From contig NW_027192195.1 in the NCBI RefSeq assembly GCF_041956535.1, positions 941,762-1,005,761 of the forward strand: 64,000 nt of DNA, in the 5' to 3' direction. The notes below the pieces were generated by a model that searched no databases, had not been told where the DNA came from, and saw only the letters and a program-made list of their open reading frames with translations. Source of the DNA: Calcarisporiella thermophila CBS 279.70 (Eukaryota; Fungi; Calcarisporiellomycota). The position numbers and the translations under genes were made by a program. Below, piece after piece: positions 43,068 through 55,905 of the stretch (position 1 is the first letter of the stretch; the number at the start of each line of letters is the position of its first letter).

Positions 43068-44266
43068 CTATTTGAAATTGTTCTTCATTTCCCGAAGTAT
43101 TCGCATTGCACTTACAGGATCGCTAGTACATGTGGCGAGTTGAATGGATGGTTCGCTAGCATGCAAATTTGGTTAGAACTTTAAGCCTAAGGGCTCAGGA
43201 AGGGGCGACCATCATCGCTTACTTGACACGCATGAAAGGATTGAAGGAAAGCTCCTGTCCAATGGTCGAGGGAACCGTGATTGTTTTGTTATGGCACCAT
43301 GCGATTTTGTTCACGAGCACTTCGTTTTGAGGGTCTACCGTCAAAGCAAACTTAATTCCAAGAGTGCCGTTAGCTCCATCCATTCTCAATGCATCCAGCG
43401 ATACGAAGCGGGAAAAATGCCCTCTCTCCCAACCACTGCCTACCTGTAAATTTGCCCTTGTGTATTCGTGACCGCAGAAAACCCAAGTCTCTGGGGGGAG
43501 TTTCGCCAGATTCTCCACCAGATTGGTATACATGTCTTGTGCATCTCCTTCGAAGAATTTCCCACAACCACCGATAAAAAGGGTGTCCCCGCTAAACAAT
43601 GCCTTCTCTTGTGTTGCGGGATCGACGACATAGTAGCAAATATGGCCACGGGTGTGGCAGGGAGTGTAATATGGAGTAATGACCAGAGATCCCATCTTAA
43701 AGTCTTCTTTGTGCTTGCAAACCTAAGGGCAAAGGCATGGGTTAAGGAGGGTACGGGAAGAGAGGTTGAAAGCCTGAATTACAAAATTGATTTCGGGAAT
43801 GCGTGCATCGGCCCCGTACACAGCTAAGCCCGGCTTACGCGAAACTAGCTCGACATTTCCACCAGCATGATCTGGGTGATGGTGGGTGGTAAATATACTT
43901 GATAGTTTAGCTCCTGTCTGATTTAGAACGTGTACGACCTTTGAAGGCTCAGCAGGGTCAACCACTGCGGCTAATCGGGAAATGGTGGAAGAGACAGTTA
44001 GACTGGTAGGAGATATCAGGCCTCCCAAATAGCTGCTTACCATCATTTGTTTTTTCATCGATGATAATGTACGAGTAATTATCATGTAACACAGGCACTG
44101 GTATAATCTTCATAGCTGAGTAGACTAAATCTGGTTACTCTCCTTCAACAAATTAGACTGCAACTAAGAGGATAAAAGTACCACGCGAAGGTGAAGTGTG
44201 AAAGAGACGTAGGCGAGATGAGGCTGCGGTGTTTTGATCAAGAATTCTTTGCACAATGCGAATCAT
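43068..44266 (-). CDS. GLO2: Hydroxyacylglutathione hydrolase (glyoxalase II); long form from 44266, short form from 44113
   Basis: MKIIPVPVLHDNYSY, TTHHHPDHAGGN, TPCHTRGH, FSGDTLF, FCGHEYT, NPFMRV, LREMKNNFK*. Confidence 0.95.
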
Positions 44267-44353
44267 AACATCGAAGCCTTGTCAACTTGTAGAATCTCTT
44301 TAGAAACTTTCTCTTTTTCTGCTGCTCAGAAAAAAGGAACGTTGCTAGAATTG

Positions 44354-44362
44354 ATGACGTAA
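44354..44362. promoter_or_regulatory. ATF/CRE-type site ATGACGTAA upstream of glyoxalase II
   Basis: Exact ATGACGT heptamer about 90 bp upstream of the long-form ATG. Confidence 0.4.
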
Positions 44363-44542
44363 CATGCGTCTTAGCGCCTTGGATTAATTTCTTGGTAAAG
44401 AGATAGAATGAAATATGACTACACATGTACATAGACAGGACCCTCAGGGTAAAACAAAGATAAAATAGAGTAAAAAGCTGGACGAAGTCCCACAACAAGT
44501 TATGGATATAATGAGGAATATAAATTAAAGGCTGTGAAAGGC

Positions 44543-45186
44543 TCATGCCCACGTCTCTGCAAATGCATACACCAGCCCGATCATCGGCCCTTGCTCGTCG
44601 TCTGCCTGCTCCGTCTCCTTCTCGGATGCGCGCCCTCCACTCTCCTTATTCACCATTGAAATTTGTATCGAATCTGCAGGAGGGGATGCCAGATTCACAA
44701 TCCCACTCAACATTCCTTTGACCTCTTCATCTGCCTCGTACATCGTATCCGCAGTCCATAGAAAAGCGTCGTGTAATAGGGAGAACACACGCGAGAGAGA
44801 GCGTGGCAGCATTTCACTCCAGCTTTCTGACCGTTTCAGCTCATGAAACCCAGCATCTTCTTCGATAATGGCCTTGCTACATTCCGACTGGTCTGAGGGT
44901 GTTACCGTACCTATGTCATCGGTCTCATCCTCACCTCCTAAATGAAACTGTGCTCTTGACTCGCCAGAGGATAGATAATTCTGGTCAAGAGATTGTGTGA
45001 TTCCAGTGAGCCTGTCAGAATTTGCACATGAGGAGAGTGCTGGCAGCGAGGTGTAAGGGGGAAGCTGAATGGATTGTTTTTGGGGAATAAGCGGCTAGAA
45101 TGAAAATGAGTAAGCATCAATTATCTTCGAGACCATCTTCAGGCAGTATACTGATGTAAACAGTTGGAAATACCTACCTCCTCCAT
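44543..45186 (-). CDS. Hypothetical acidic protein (~190 aa) with a 3-codon first exon
   Basis: ATG GAG GAG|GTAGGT...TTCTAG|CCG CTT gives an open frame MEEPLIPQKQSIQLPPYTSLP...MIGLVYAFAETWA* that runs into ORF 44543-44812. Confidence 0.65.
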
Positions 45187-45607
45187 TAAGAGACCAAGAT
45201 GGGTTGTAGTTTTAGGGTGAGAAAAAAGCACCAAAGATGTTGGGGGACTTAACGATAAATATCCTCTGGACCACCAAATAGCCTTTGGATATGCAAATTT
45301 AAGCTTTCAAAATTCAATTTTAAAAACAAAAAAGGATTATATTATTTATTTTTTAAATAAAATCATAAATCTATCGTCCGTAGTGAAGATGAGAGGGCGT
45401 CCAGCACATCTCCTTAAGAAAAAAAAAAGTCAAGGTCCTTTGACACAATACATACAATTATAGTAAATACAAGAGAGTGAAAAGAATGCGAAATGAAAGA
45501 GGAGAACGACAAAGGTGTTAATGAAAGGTCGACTTAAAAAAAAACTTCAACTAAAGACCATTTTTTTAATACGGCGCACGTATCTTTGCACACCTCAGTG
45601 GAGTGAT

Positions 45608-46297
45608 TTAATCGGCCCATTGCCAGCTAATGGGCACACGACCAGCGGCTTGGTCTGCAATTTGGTTGAAGGCAGACGGAGACAGATCAAGATCGCCATT
45701 GGCACAGCCAGGGCATTTATCGACAATGGTGACGGTGACTTTTCCTTTGGGCCCTGTCACCTCGGCCTTCTTGCCGCATACGGGCGCTCCGTTGTTGCCT
45801 CCGCCGTACTGTGCGACGTTCAGGGCAGCAACCATCTCGCCGTTGCTGTTGGTTTGCCCACAGGCGCCCAAGCCGACATCGTAGTAGGTTCCGTCACCAT
45901 TGTAGCCGCCAGAGGAGCCTCCGCTTGGCTTTTCCTGATTCTGGGACTCCTTAGCGGCGGGAGAGGCGGCGGGGGTGGACTCAGCAGCCTTCGGGGCCTC
46001 TGGAGTAGATTCGGCAGCCTTTGTGGCCTCGGGAGTGGATTCGGCAGCCTTCGGGGCCTTGGGAGTGGTATCGGCAGCCTTTGTGGCATCGGGGGTAGCG
46101 GCAGCAGAGGTAGTATCGGAGGAATCATCCTTTTCAGCGCCAGGGCTGGGAATTACGGGGCTGGGAATAGCAGGGGTGGGGATGGTATTGGCGGCTGCAC
46201 TGGGGATATTGACGTCGGCGACGTTAGGGGTGTTAAGAGGAGCAGCGGCGGCCAAGGAGAGAGCGGAGGCGACGAGAAGAAGAGTCTTGAAGTACAT
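45608..46297 (-). CDS. Secreted RlpA-like double-psi beta-barrel (loosenin/expansin-like) protein, intronless
   Basis: Signal MYFKTLLLVASALSLAAAAP; Ala/Thr/Pro linker; GDGTYYDVGLGACG, CGK, IVDKCPGC, LDLSPSAF, GRVPISW. Confidence 0.93.
   Translation of the reverse strand: MYFKTLLLVASALSLAAAAPLNTPNVADVNIPSAAANTIPTPAIPSPVIPSPGAEKDDSSDTTSAAATPDATKAADTTPKAPKAAESTPEATKAAESTPEAPKAAESTPAASPAAKESQNQEKPSGGSSGGYNGDGTYYDVGLGACGQTNSNGEMVAALNVAQYGGGNNGAPVCGKKAEVTGPKGKVTVTIVDKCPGCANGDLDLSPSAFNQIADQAAGRVPISWQWAD
45975..46094 (-). repeat. Four 30-bp coding repeats (PxAxKAAxxT) in the loosenin linker
   Basis: Units alternate TK/PK (ABAB), implying a 60-bp higher-order duplication. Confidence 0.9.
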
Positions 46298-48914
46298 TTT
46301 GGGAGGAGGAGGTTGCGGTAAAGAGTTTGGAAATCGAGTTGAGAGATGGGCTCCGGTCAACGGAATAGAGTCGTTATGGGGTAGTAGAGGAGAGAGTATG
46401 GGAATTGATATAGAAGATCAACTTGTTGAAGGAGAGAGAATGGGGAGAGAATGCAAGGTTTTTATAGACGAGATTCGGACCGTGCACTTAACTGTCAAGA
46501 GTGCATATGAATGAGCATCAGTTACCCTGCATCTGCCGGCCTCTGGACGCGGGGAGGCCACGATCCACCTGAAACCCCCGCTCAGACGACACCAGGAACG
46601 ATGTAAAAAAGAGTCCTCTCCTCGACCAAACAGAACCCAGATCGGAGCTAATAAAATGGAAAAAGGAAACTGTTTATCGTTAATAAAAAACGAAACAAGC
46701 AAATATTTAGATTTCAGATCGGATAAGCCACCACCGCTGTTTTATCAGTCGGGAGCTGATCGAATCGGAACTGTCGTTGGGTGGAGAGACTAATGAAATC
46801 GCTAGGTGCGGGAACTGAGCTCCAACAATGAAAATTCCTCCTTTTTAGGGAGGGACCGTTCTGGCGGCCACGCTCATTTAGCTATCTCCGAACATTCTGA
46901 CTCTAGCGAATCGAGTTGGTCAGGTTTACTGGGGAGAGGGAAAGAGGAAGGAGAGATGCGGGTAACCACAGCAGCAATTCGGATCAAGTTCGAAACGCAG
47001 AGTGGAAAGATTGCAAGAGTCGAGTCGTGAGCAATAGAATCCCCCGCTTGTTCCCCTGAGCCAAGGAACGGCCGCTTCCCCCTCCCCTTCCAAGCTAACA
47101 AATCTAGGCATTATTGGATATTCATTCCCGCTTACTTTGCAAAAAAAAAAAGAGAAACCTTTCCAAAGCATTGGTATTTTTGAGATTGTCTTCCGGCCGT
47201 CATATGCATCATCAAGAGTGGGATTCCCCTGACTAGCTTGATAAGCATTCATTTGTCTAATTGGAGACTTCTTCCTCAAGTTTGCATGGGGAGGAGATGC
47301 TTTTTTTTTGGAGATTACGCAAGTTCTCTGATGAAAACCTGGCATCCATGGGAATGGGAATAAGCGTGCTGGCCCATATGAATATTTCAGACTAGTATAT
47401 ATGCATACATATGTAGGTTTTCTTAAAGTCAAACACCTACATCGAGGCCTACACATCCTTCGTCAGGGCATTTCACCCACGCGGTGTGTAGGTGTGACGA
47501 TGTAGATTCCCACGTCAGGAACACGCTCGAGCACGACTCACCGCATCATTCAAAGTCCTGCAGAACCTTGGAGCTGCAATCGAGAGCCGCCCTGCGAGGG
47601 AGGATACTCATGACCAATTCAGACTTCGAACTCTCTCAACCTTGTCTTCCTATCATTTGACTCATTCACTTTGCTATTCTAGAGGTGCTGTATAGTGTCG
47701 TGTCAATGATACAAGGCAATATATTGAAGAAAGGGATACAAATGTAATGTCATCGAGTAATTGGCCCAATATGTGAAATGGTCACAAAAATGGCAGTCTT
47801 CATACTGTTTAATACTAGTGTATTTTCCTTCTTCAGTCTATCCCTTCTGACAGATCGGCTCTACCTCTTCCTTAGTGCTCCCACCAGGACAGTTTCAAGC
47901 AGGTTTTCAGCTGTTTCGACACATAAGATATATTTCTTGGGAATACGCGTAGCAAGTATTCGTATAGACAAGAGACTTGAATCCAATTCCTTTTTTTTTC
48001 CTCCTCTCAAGCTACTCTTGCCCTCATAGTTGAATAAGAAAATGAAATCTACCAATTGAGAGAGCATACAGATTTTTGACCAATCTTGAACTCTCACCAG
48101 ATTTTGCTAGAGTTTGACGTTGTCGAGTGCTAAATTTCTTTGTTACAGACAATAAAAAACGAAGGTCAGAGGTTTTCACATTATGTTGGTCCAATTCCGT
48201 CTACTTCCACCCTCCCACTTTGAACCACCTCCTACCGGTATCTTCAACTACTAAAATGGACGGCTTTCAAGTGTAGAACGCAACCCATCACTTGGAATGC
48301 AATCACGGAGGTATAATTGGATACAGGGCAGTGTCTAGGCACGCTTTCTTTTCTTGAACAGAGGTCCCGATTCAAAGGTCGCTCTACAGTATTAAGTAAT
48401 GAATATTACTAGGAAAAACATTAAAGTTGCTGCTCAATTCCACGTAACCAATCCCAGCTTGGCTCCCTCAATAAATCAAGAACATGTGTAAGACTCTTGC
48501 CAACAAAGTCCTATTGGGTACCGTAATTGTTACGGTTTTGATTGGCGCGCCACTTGGAATTGAAATCGATTTGAAGTGGATATTTTCACCTGGTATTGTC
48601 AAGCTGACATAGAAGACTATAGAGAGAAGTAAATGTACAGAGGCAGGTATAGAAAAGCATTTCGCAAAGAAATTTCGCACTTTGACAATTAAACAGAGAG
48701 GAAGAAAAAAAATGTTCAGATAATTCCGCAACCTCAAACAAAAAAGAATAACGAGATACTCTAACAAACATGCAAGTGAAATAAATACTAGTTTCCCGTG
48801 GTTCCCAAACCCATTGACAGACGTACAACCTCCTCTCTCCCAAATAAACAAGTGGTTGATGTGAAAACGGTATGAAAGCAAGCAATATACTCCCTATTTT
48901 GCATCCCCTCGCGC

Positions 48915-51267
48915 TCACCTATGGGTTCCTGCTCGAAGTCGGCGGATGTACTGACTAATCTTTTTGCAGTATGGGGTCTGACTTAGAGTCGGAAGAAATG
49001 GCTCGATAGTTCCAATCAACTATTAATGAAATTCAAACGGTTATCCATCTTTTGGCACAAGATGCATTGGGGTGGGGGTGAAGGGCCTACTTTTTCACGA
49101 AGTGCCTTGTCGGCAAACTTCAGAGCGGTGAGTACAACATAGTTTCCGTACGGATCACACAACATACATTCGAGTTGAGAGCGATTGAAGAGCTCGCTGA
49201 TGAGCCTGCGACGTGACTCATCGCTTGCGCGCTCAATACACTAACATCTCCTTTGAATTAAAAATCAAATGAACCACTCACATTGGAATGAATCGACCAC
49301 ATACCTTCTCAATCGCGTTCGAACTAAACTTTTGCATCCCGAACCGACACACTTTGCCGAAAAATTGCCGTATAAGCATCTCCGAGTATTGCGGGTAGTT
49401 GAGTTCAACAATATATTGGATAAGAAAGTTGCCGTTCTTATCCTGGATCAGCGCGTGTGCGTGAATGATGGCCTCCATGAAGAGTTGCGCCTAAAAATGT
49501 CGAAATGGGGTTAAGTGGTGGGGACATCACTAGTGCAAGGAATAAAAATTTTATTGCAGTCTACCTTTTGCTCCGAAGAAGCATAGCGAATGCAGTGCTG
49601 GAACACAATGCAGCCGTCGCGGTTCGTGGCCAACTCGATGCATCTCTGACAAAGGATATCGTATACAAACTGTTTATCTGGGGGCGCTCTTGATTCGACC
49701 CACTGCCGAATTACATGGTTGCCCTGTGGGTGCTGGGTATTAACAATGAGATCAATATTAGGCAGACAATTCTTAGAATCTCTATATACTTTAATCAGCT
49801 GAGCGGTATGATTGCTGATGGCTTTACTAAGGATTTGTATCTATAAGGTAAAGTAGTGTCAATCGGGGTATGCTCCTAGACTCAGAAAAAAATATATAAT
49901 TAAAAGTACATGTTGAGGTATTGATATCTGCTTGATCAGCTTGATCAGGGCCTTGCTTCCGTTCCTGTTGGTCGCAACATCAAGTATCTCACCCGCGACT
50001 GACTCCAGCAATACTGTCCGTTGCTCGTCGTTGGCTAGTGTGAAGAGTTTCTCGCACTCAACTGAACCCAATTCGTCTGCAGCGGTACATGTATAAATTC
50101 GTAAATTTAGTTTAGATATTTAGAGTTGTAGAACTTGCCCGTAATCTTTTTAGAGAACTGTTGTCCCATCTCATTGCACCCCGTCTCAATATTAACGGAG
50201 TCATCTTGAAGTTTCGGTAAATAATCCTCTCCTTTCCCGCCAAAGGAGCTGAAAACCTCTACTCGTTCGTGCGAAACGAACCAATTTTCTAGCACAAGAG
50301 TCAGCCTATGAAGGAAGTGATTTTAAACATTGAGCCTTGATGGTCATCCTTTACCTTCTTCACTAGACCGCTTCTCCTGTTGGTGTTGGATGGATCCCTT
50401 CGCAAAACCAGCCATACTACCCTTTATGTTTGGCAGATCGGCTTCTGTTCCGACAACGTAGCCAGCACCTTTTTCAATATTGCCTCGTAGGAATCTCCCC
50501 TCGTTGCTGATCGACTCATCTCTTTGCCCATGAACTTGGAAAAACGGCAGGCTGCAAATGGGTCTCCGGTGTCCTGTGCCCATGACCGGGCTGGACAGCA
50601 TGCTTTGCTGACCTTGGTCACCAGAATATATTTGTGGAACGGCTCCTACTACTCCTCTATTGGAGTTGCTTATCTCCATATCCGCAAAAACCTCGCTCAA
50701 TTCGCGGTTAGTTTGTGCCGGATACATCATTTGCTCTCTGGAATTTTGCAGCGAAAAATCACCAGAGGGAAGTAGACTGGGCGGCAATATTAATGGCGGA
50801 GCAATCACTGGCATCCTCATCGATATTCTTCCGGGACTGGTCGCGCCCGCAGCTGTTCTGGCCAGGAAATTTTCGTGCATCACCACTTGGGGTGGGACGG
50901 CATTGGCGACGCCTGTTCCCAGATTCGTTGAGATTGGCTGGCTCACTTGTATTGAATTAGGAGGGTAATATGATTCCCTAAAGAAAGTGGTGTCATATGG
51001 CTCGTTGCCACTTAAGTAGTAACGGCTTTTGTCTTCGCTTAGAGCGGTAGGCCCCCAATCCGTGCCGGTGGAATATTGGTGGGCAAGATTAGCCTCATTT
51101 AGACCAGGTAAAGCGGAGGAGCAATGGGTAGACGCGCTGTTAAAGACGTGCTGGTTGAACTCGACGCGCCGAGTTTCTTTCTGTGTGGTGCGCACAAAAC
51201 AGTTGTCACATGTATCGTGCTGGGCATTCGGCATACAGGCGCGCAACTTGTTGGGCTCTGGATGCAT
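48915..51267 (-). CDS. Pumilio/PUF RNA-binding protein (Puf4/5-like architecture, degenerate repeats)
   Basis: Disordered N-terminus then PUF repeats GNHVIRQW, ATNRDGCIVFQ, IQDKNGNFLIQ, MQKFSSNAIEK, CDPYGNYVVL, QTPYCKKI. Start codon uncertain. Confidence 0.85.
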
Positions 51268-51860
51268 TTTCTTAGGGTTGGAGCAATGATTTTTTGAGTA
51301 GAATATATGCGCGGTTACAAGAGAATTAGAACAGGAGAACAACAGTGGATGAGAGGGAGGAAGAGAAAAAGAGGGCAAGAAAAATGGAGGGCAACAAGCG
51401 GAATGTGAGCACTTTTAGCACGATTCCAACTTTCATTGAATCTTTGCTGAAGTGGGCAGAAAGATAAAGAAACCTGCCTGGAGGGGTAAGCCCCACAGGT
51501 CGTATAGTGGTACGGAGCAGCTTTTTTTTTTCGGAAAACTTGTCAACGTCGTTAACGGCTCCCCCTCAGTAAATCGCCTCTGAAATCGAACTCCCCTGTG
51601 GCGTAGCCATTTGTGGCCTGTCAAAAGTGTCAAATATTATCTGGCTAGGAAAATCACACCTTTTATTTCATGGAGCCTTCACTGCTCGGAAAAGGGAAAA
51701 AATAAAGGAATAATAAAAAGGCCACAAAGTGCTTAAGCTTATAACTAGACCTAAACAAACATAGGGAATTCAAACAAAATATGACAATATATTCCCTAAT
51801 GATCACCTAATCTGCGCGTCGAAAAATATAGTGAAAGAGTATTTCTCGCCCATCGATTGT

Positions 51861-53134
51861 CTACAGAAGTAACGAGCCAACCACCCCGGCAAGTAGCCCC
51901 ATTGCTACTCCTGCACGGGAGCCTGCTTCACCCGTCTTATTCCCTTTCAATTCTAGATAGGGGGCGTTGTCGCCGATGCACTGAGGAACCGTCATCATTT
52001 TGAGTTGGTTCTGCTGAGCAAGGGGCAGAATATGGTTGATCGCAAGGTCTACGGCTTGGCTGTAGAGATCGTGTTCCAGGACAATGAAGCCGGTGTTCAT
52101 TTGCTGGATTTTAGGAAGCCATTGCTTGAAGTTGTTGAGTGCTTGATCGGGTGTGATCTGATTGCTTGCAATTTGCCAGTCCTATAAAAAAAAGAAATCT
52201 TTAGTATAATTAAACTGCATTGCAGCAGGATGGGCTAATTCCGACCTGAGTATCGAAACCCTGGGTCCAGATCACCGTCTTGTATCCTAACTGTTTTACG
52301 ATTGCGCGCACCCGATCATCGTAGTCTCCGTATGGTGGGCGGAAATAGATGGGAGTCACTCCTATTGCGTCTTTGATCGCCTTCTCGGTCCACTTGATCT
52401 CGGCGACAATCTCCTCGTTGGAGAGGGAGGTCATGGAGCTGTGCGACCAGGTGTGAACGCTATGAAGTGAAGAGATTAGTTGGGGTGTGGAGGGGTGAGC
52501 TTGAATGCTAAGTATGAGATAGTTACGCGATATGATGTCCGTCGGCATATTCTCGTCTTAGGAGGTCTGGGTTTTGGATAACACGCGATCCCACTACAAA
52601 CATGGTTGCTTTGATATTGTTTTGCTTCATATAGTCGAGCAGAGGAACGGAATTTTGCGAAGGGCCGTCATCATACCTAGCGAATGAAGCATATTGAGCA
52701 ACTCACATGGAGTCTTTTAGTAACAATGCATATACTCACGTTAGTCCCCACTGCATTTTCTGGGGACACGTCTCAACATCCTCCGGCCGTGTGCACTTTT
52801 GACACGTCCACCAGCATGCATTTGGATCTATGGTCGAGGTAGCACATTCTCCCTTGTTGGATCGTGGCAAATTGGGAACTTTAGAAAAATCGACCAGCTT
52901 GAGCCACTGCTGAACCTCTGGCGAATTCACGGGGGGAACTTGGTCAGGAGGGGGGTAGTTTGCGGTTCCTCCTGCCGGTGCATTGGGGGTTTGTGGAGTG
53001 GCGGTACTGCCAGCAGCAGGGCCACTGGTCGTTGCTAATTGCGCTAGGGCAGGCACATTTTCATATGCATTGACACTGCCGGCGAGGAATGCGAATGTTA
53101 AGAGGGCAATGATTTTTGACATTGGATGGTGCAT
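51861..53134 (-). CDS. CDA: GPI-anchored chitin deacetylase (CE4/NodB)
   Basis: Signal peptide, CWWTCQKC, WGLT|YDDGP, HTWSH, FRPPYGD, GFIVLEHD, hydrophobic GPI-type C-terminus. Confidence 0.95.
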
Positions 53135-53759
53135 GGGGTTGTCTGATATTTTTAGAGACGAGAAAATAAAAATAAACACCTTCAAGAGTATAAAGTTCAA
53201 ATAGCCATAAAAGAAGAAGTTAGGGAATGGGTCAAGGAACCAGATAGAATGGGAAAAATGATCCTAAAAATATGTATTAGAGTCTGGGACCCAGTTCTAA
53301 TTTTCAAATTACGAGCGTAGATCCGAAACAAATTTACGTCAGGTATGGATTCAATATATTTCGTTCTCGTCAAGGACTAATCGGGTTTTGTCCTAATAAC
53401 CTTCATTTCAAACAGAGTTAAGTAGAGGAGCACGTCAACCTCACCAAACTTGCCCTCAACTTTGGAGGAGGAGGGGGTCAGTGTATAGAACACCTCGCAC
53501 AACAGAATCTAAAATAGAGAGAAATTCTTTTTACTATCAACAATTCACTATGCTTAGCGAATATACCTTTCACTCAATAAAAAAGGAAAAGAAATTAAAA
53601 TGAGAAATGCCAGCTTGTGGGCCGTTTGCGCCAAATAACTATGACTCAAATAGAAGAGCTTAATGGAAGGGGATTGACAAAGGGGGAACATAAAGAGACT
53701 CGAAAATGAATAGAAGTCAAGCACAACATTTACTCTTTCATCGGATGTGTGTGGAAATT

Positions 53760-55905
53760 TCAAAGACCGAATCTCGCATTATATATGGGCGGGGGAACAA
53801 AGTCGGCAGCGATCTGTTTGCCGCCAAACCAACGCCCATTAAAGACATTTAGGGCCTTCTGTGCAGATGTAGCGGTGTCGTATTTAATAAACACTTGCCC
53901 CTACATTATCAAAGAAGATAATGAGCTCAAGCACTTCACCAAAAAAAAACCAGAAAAGATAATTACCATTGCGTCCTGCTCTATATGAACATGCAATACC
54001 ACACCATAATTGCCTGCTTCTGATCTAACTTCATCCTCTAGATCTTTCACCCAGTTAGGATCAGTTTCCCTACCAGAGAAGAAAGAGAAGTTAGTAACAA
54101 GCATACAACACCTCGAGAAGACTACTCACTCTTCTGGGTTATACATGTTTTTCATCACAATACATTGAGTAGGCCCAATGGGAACGACAGCAGGAGAGGC
54201 TGGTTTTGCAATGGGGGGAGGAACGGGCGACAGGGGCTTCTGCTGAGCTGGCACTCCAAAGTCTTCCCCCCGATTGGCCGCCAGTTTTTGCATCAGAGCA
54301 ACTCGTGATTGCGCTGTCAAGTTGAAGCCTCTTCCTTCGCGATCATCATCAAGATTTGCTTCGACATTGCTGCCAGCATCAGTTGATTTTTCAGATACAA
54401 GCCCAATTCGCAACTAAGAAAGACAATCAGTTACTCAAGTGCTTAGTGTGGTGGGTATCAAAGGTGAAGAGACATACCTGCATTCCTCCTATTTCGAATC
54501 CATTCATTGCTTCCATAGCTTGTGCAGCATGTTTGTTATCTTTGTACCTATTCAGACAAAATAAACATAATTAGAGGAGAGGCAGCAAGGTGAAAGATCA
54601 AGGAATGATACGAACTGCACAAAAGCGTATCCCTTGGATTGGCCAGTGATCGGATCTTTATGCAGATTGACAAAATCTAGCTCGCCAAAAGGCTCAAAAA
54701 GCTCACGTAAGTCATTTTCAGAAAGGCTATAATGAATCGAGCCAACGAAAAGCCTTTGTGGGATACCACCTGAACCATTCTTGGCGCTAAATATACAAAA
54801 GAAAGTTAGAGATGGATCGGTTTGATCGGAAGCAGCTCCACTTACTAGTAGGCTGGGTTATGCATCATTGCTTGACGATTCTTCTCGGCTTCCGGAAGTT
54901 GAATAATGATGGGCACTCCCAGTAGCTTTTGACCATTCATTTGAAGTGCTTTAGCAACAGAGGATTCTTCAGAAAATTCAACATACCCGACGCTAAAATC
55001 ACGAGAGGAAGGGGAGGAGAATAATAAGAAACCGTTAGTAAAAAGGTAAACACCAGTACAGTGTAGGTAGCATTTACCCCTTAGATCTACGCGAGTGTCT
55101 ATCATGGATGATTTGGGCATCGCGAACCTTGCCTACACTTTCAAAGAAATCAATAAGTTCATGCTCCTTTAGCCGTGCGGCCAATTGCATCACAAGGATT
55201 GTGCGTCTTTCACGTTCCTCTGGTGGAGGTGAAGGAGTGCGAGTCTTATTGCGAGACCTGTATCATAACCAAAAGTTATCCCTCATTAATATACCAAAAG
55301 AAAACCCCGGGTGGCTACCGGTTGATAACTGCTCACCTTCTATTTCTTTCCTCTCGAGGGGGACTACGACTTCTTTCCCGTTCTCTCACTCTATCTGATT
55401 CATCACGGTGACGATGTCGCCGAGATCTGCTGCGGCTACGGCTGCGACTGCGGCTCCGACGGTATCTGTCTCGAGATGACCGGCGACGTCTATACCTATC
55501 CCTAGACCGATGACGTGAGCGAGATCTGTGTCTCGAACGAGACCTGTGAGACCTACGAGTTCTTGAACGGGAACGGGAACGGTGTCTTGAAGAGCGAGAA
55601 CGAGAAGAGTCACGATCACGTTCATCTTTTGATCTAAAAAAATAAAGATGCGACATTAATAAAAAGTCCACTATCCAATAAGCTAATTCCACAGGCTTTA
55701 CTTTTTCTCAACCGTCCCATTGTGTCCGTTTTGCTCACCCGAATGACTACTCATTTGCTCAGTAACTGGTCCAGCATCCTAAATTGGAGGTAGATTGCTA
55801 AGAATGCAGTCCAAGGGCCCATAATCAGAGAAAAATCACACATACCATCTTAGCGGACTGCTTGAAAGGGGCTTCAAGGAGAGCTTCAACGTCCATATCA
55901 GCCAT
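53760..55905 (-). CDS. RBM39: Splicing factor RBM39/Rsd1 (RS domain, two RRMs, UHM)
   Basis: [12 protein letters not shown] repeats, RRSKG|[43 protein letters not shown]. Confidence 0.93.

Noticed and set aside
45515-46514. Long plus-strand ORFs (268 aa and 179 aa)
   Set aside because: Antisense shadows of the GC-rich, repetitive loosenin gene.
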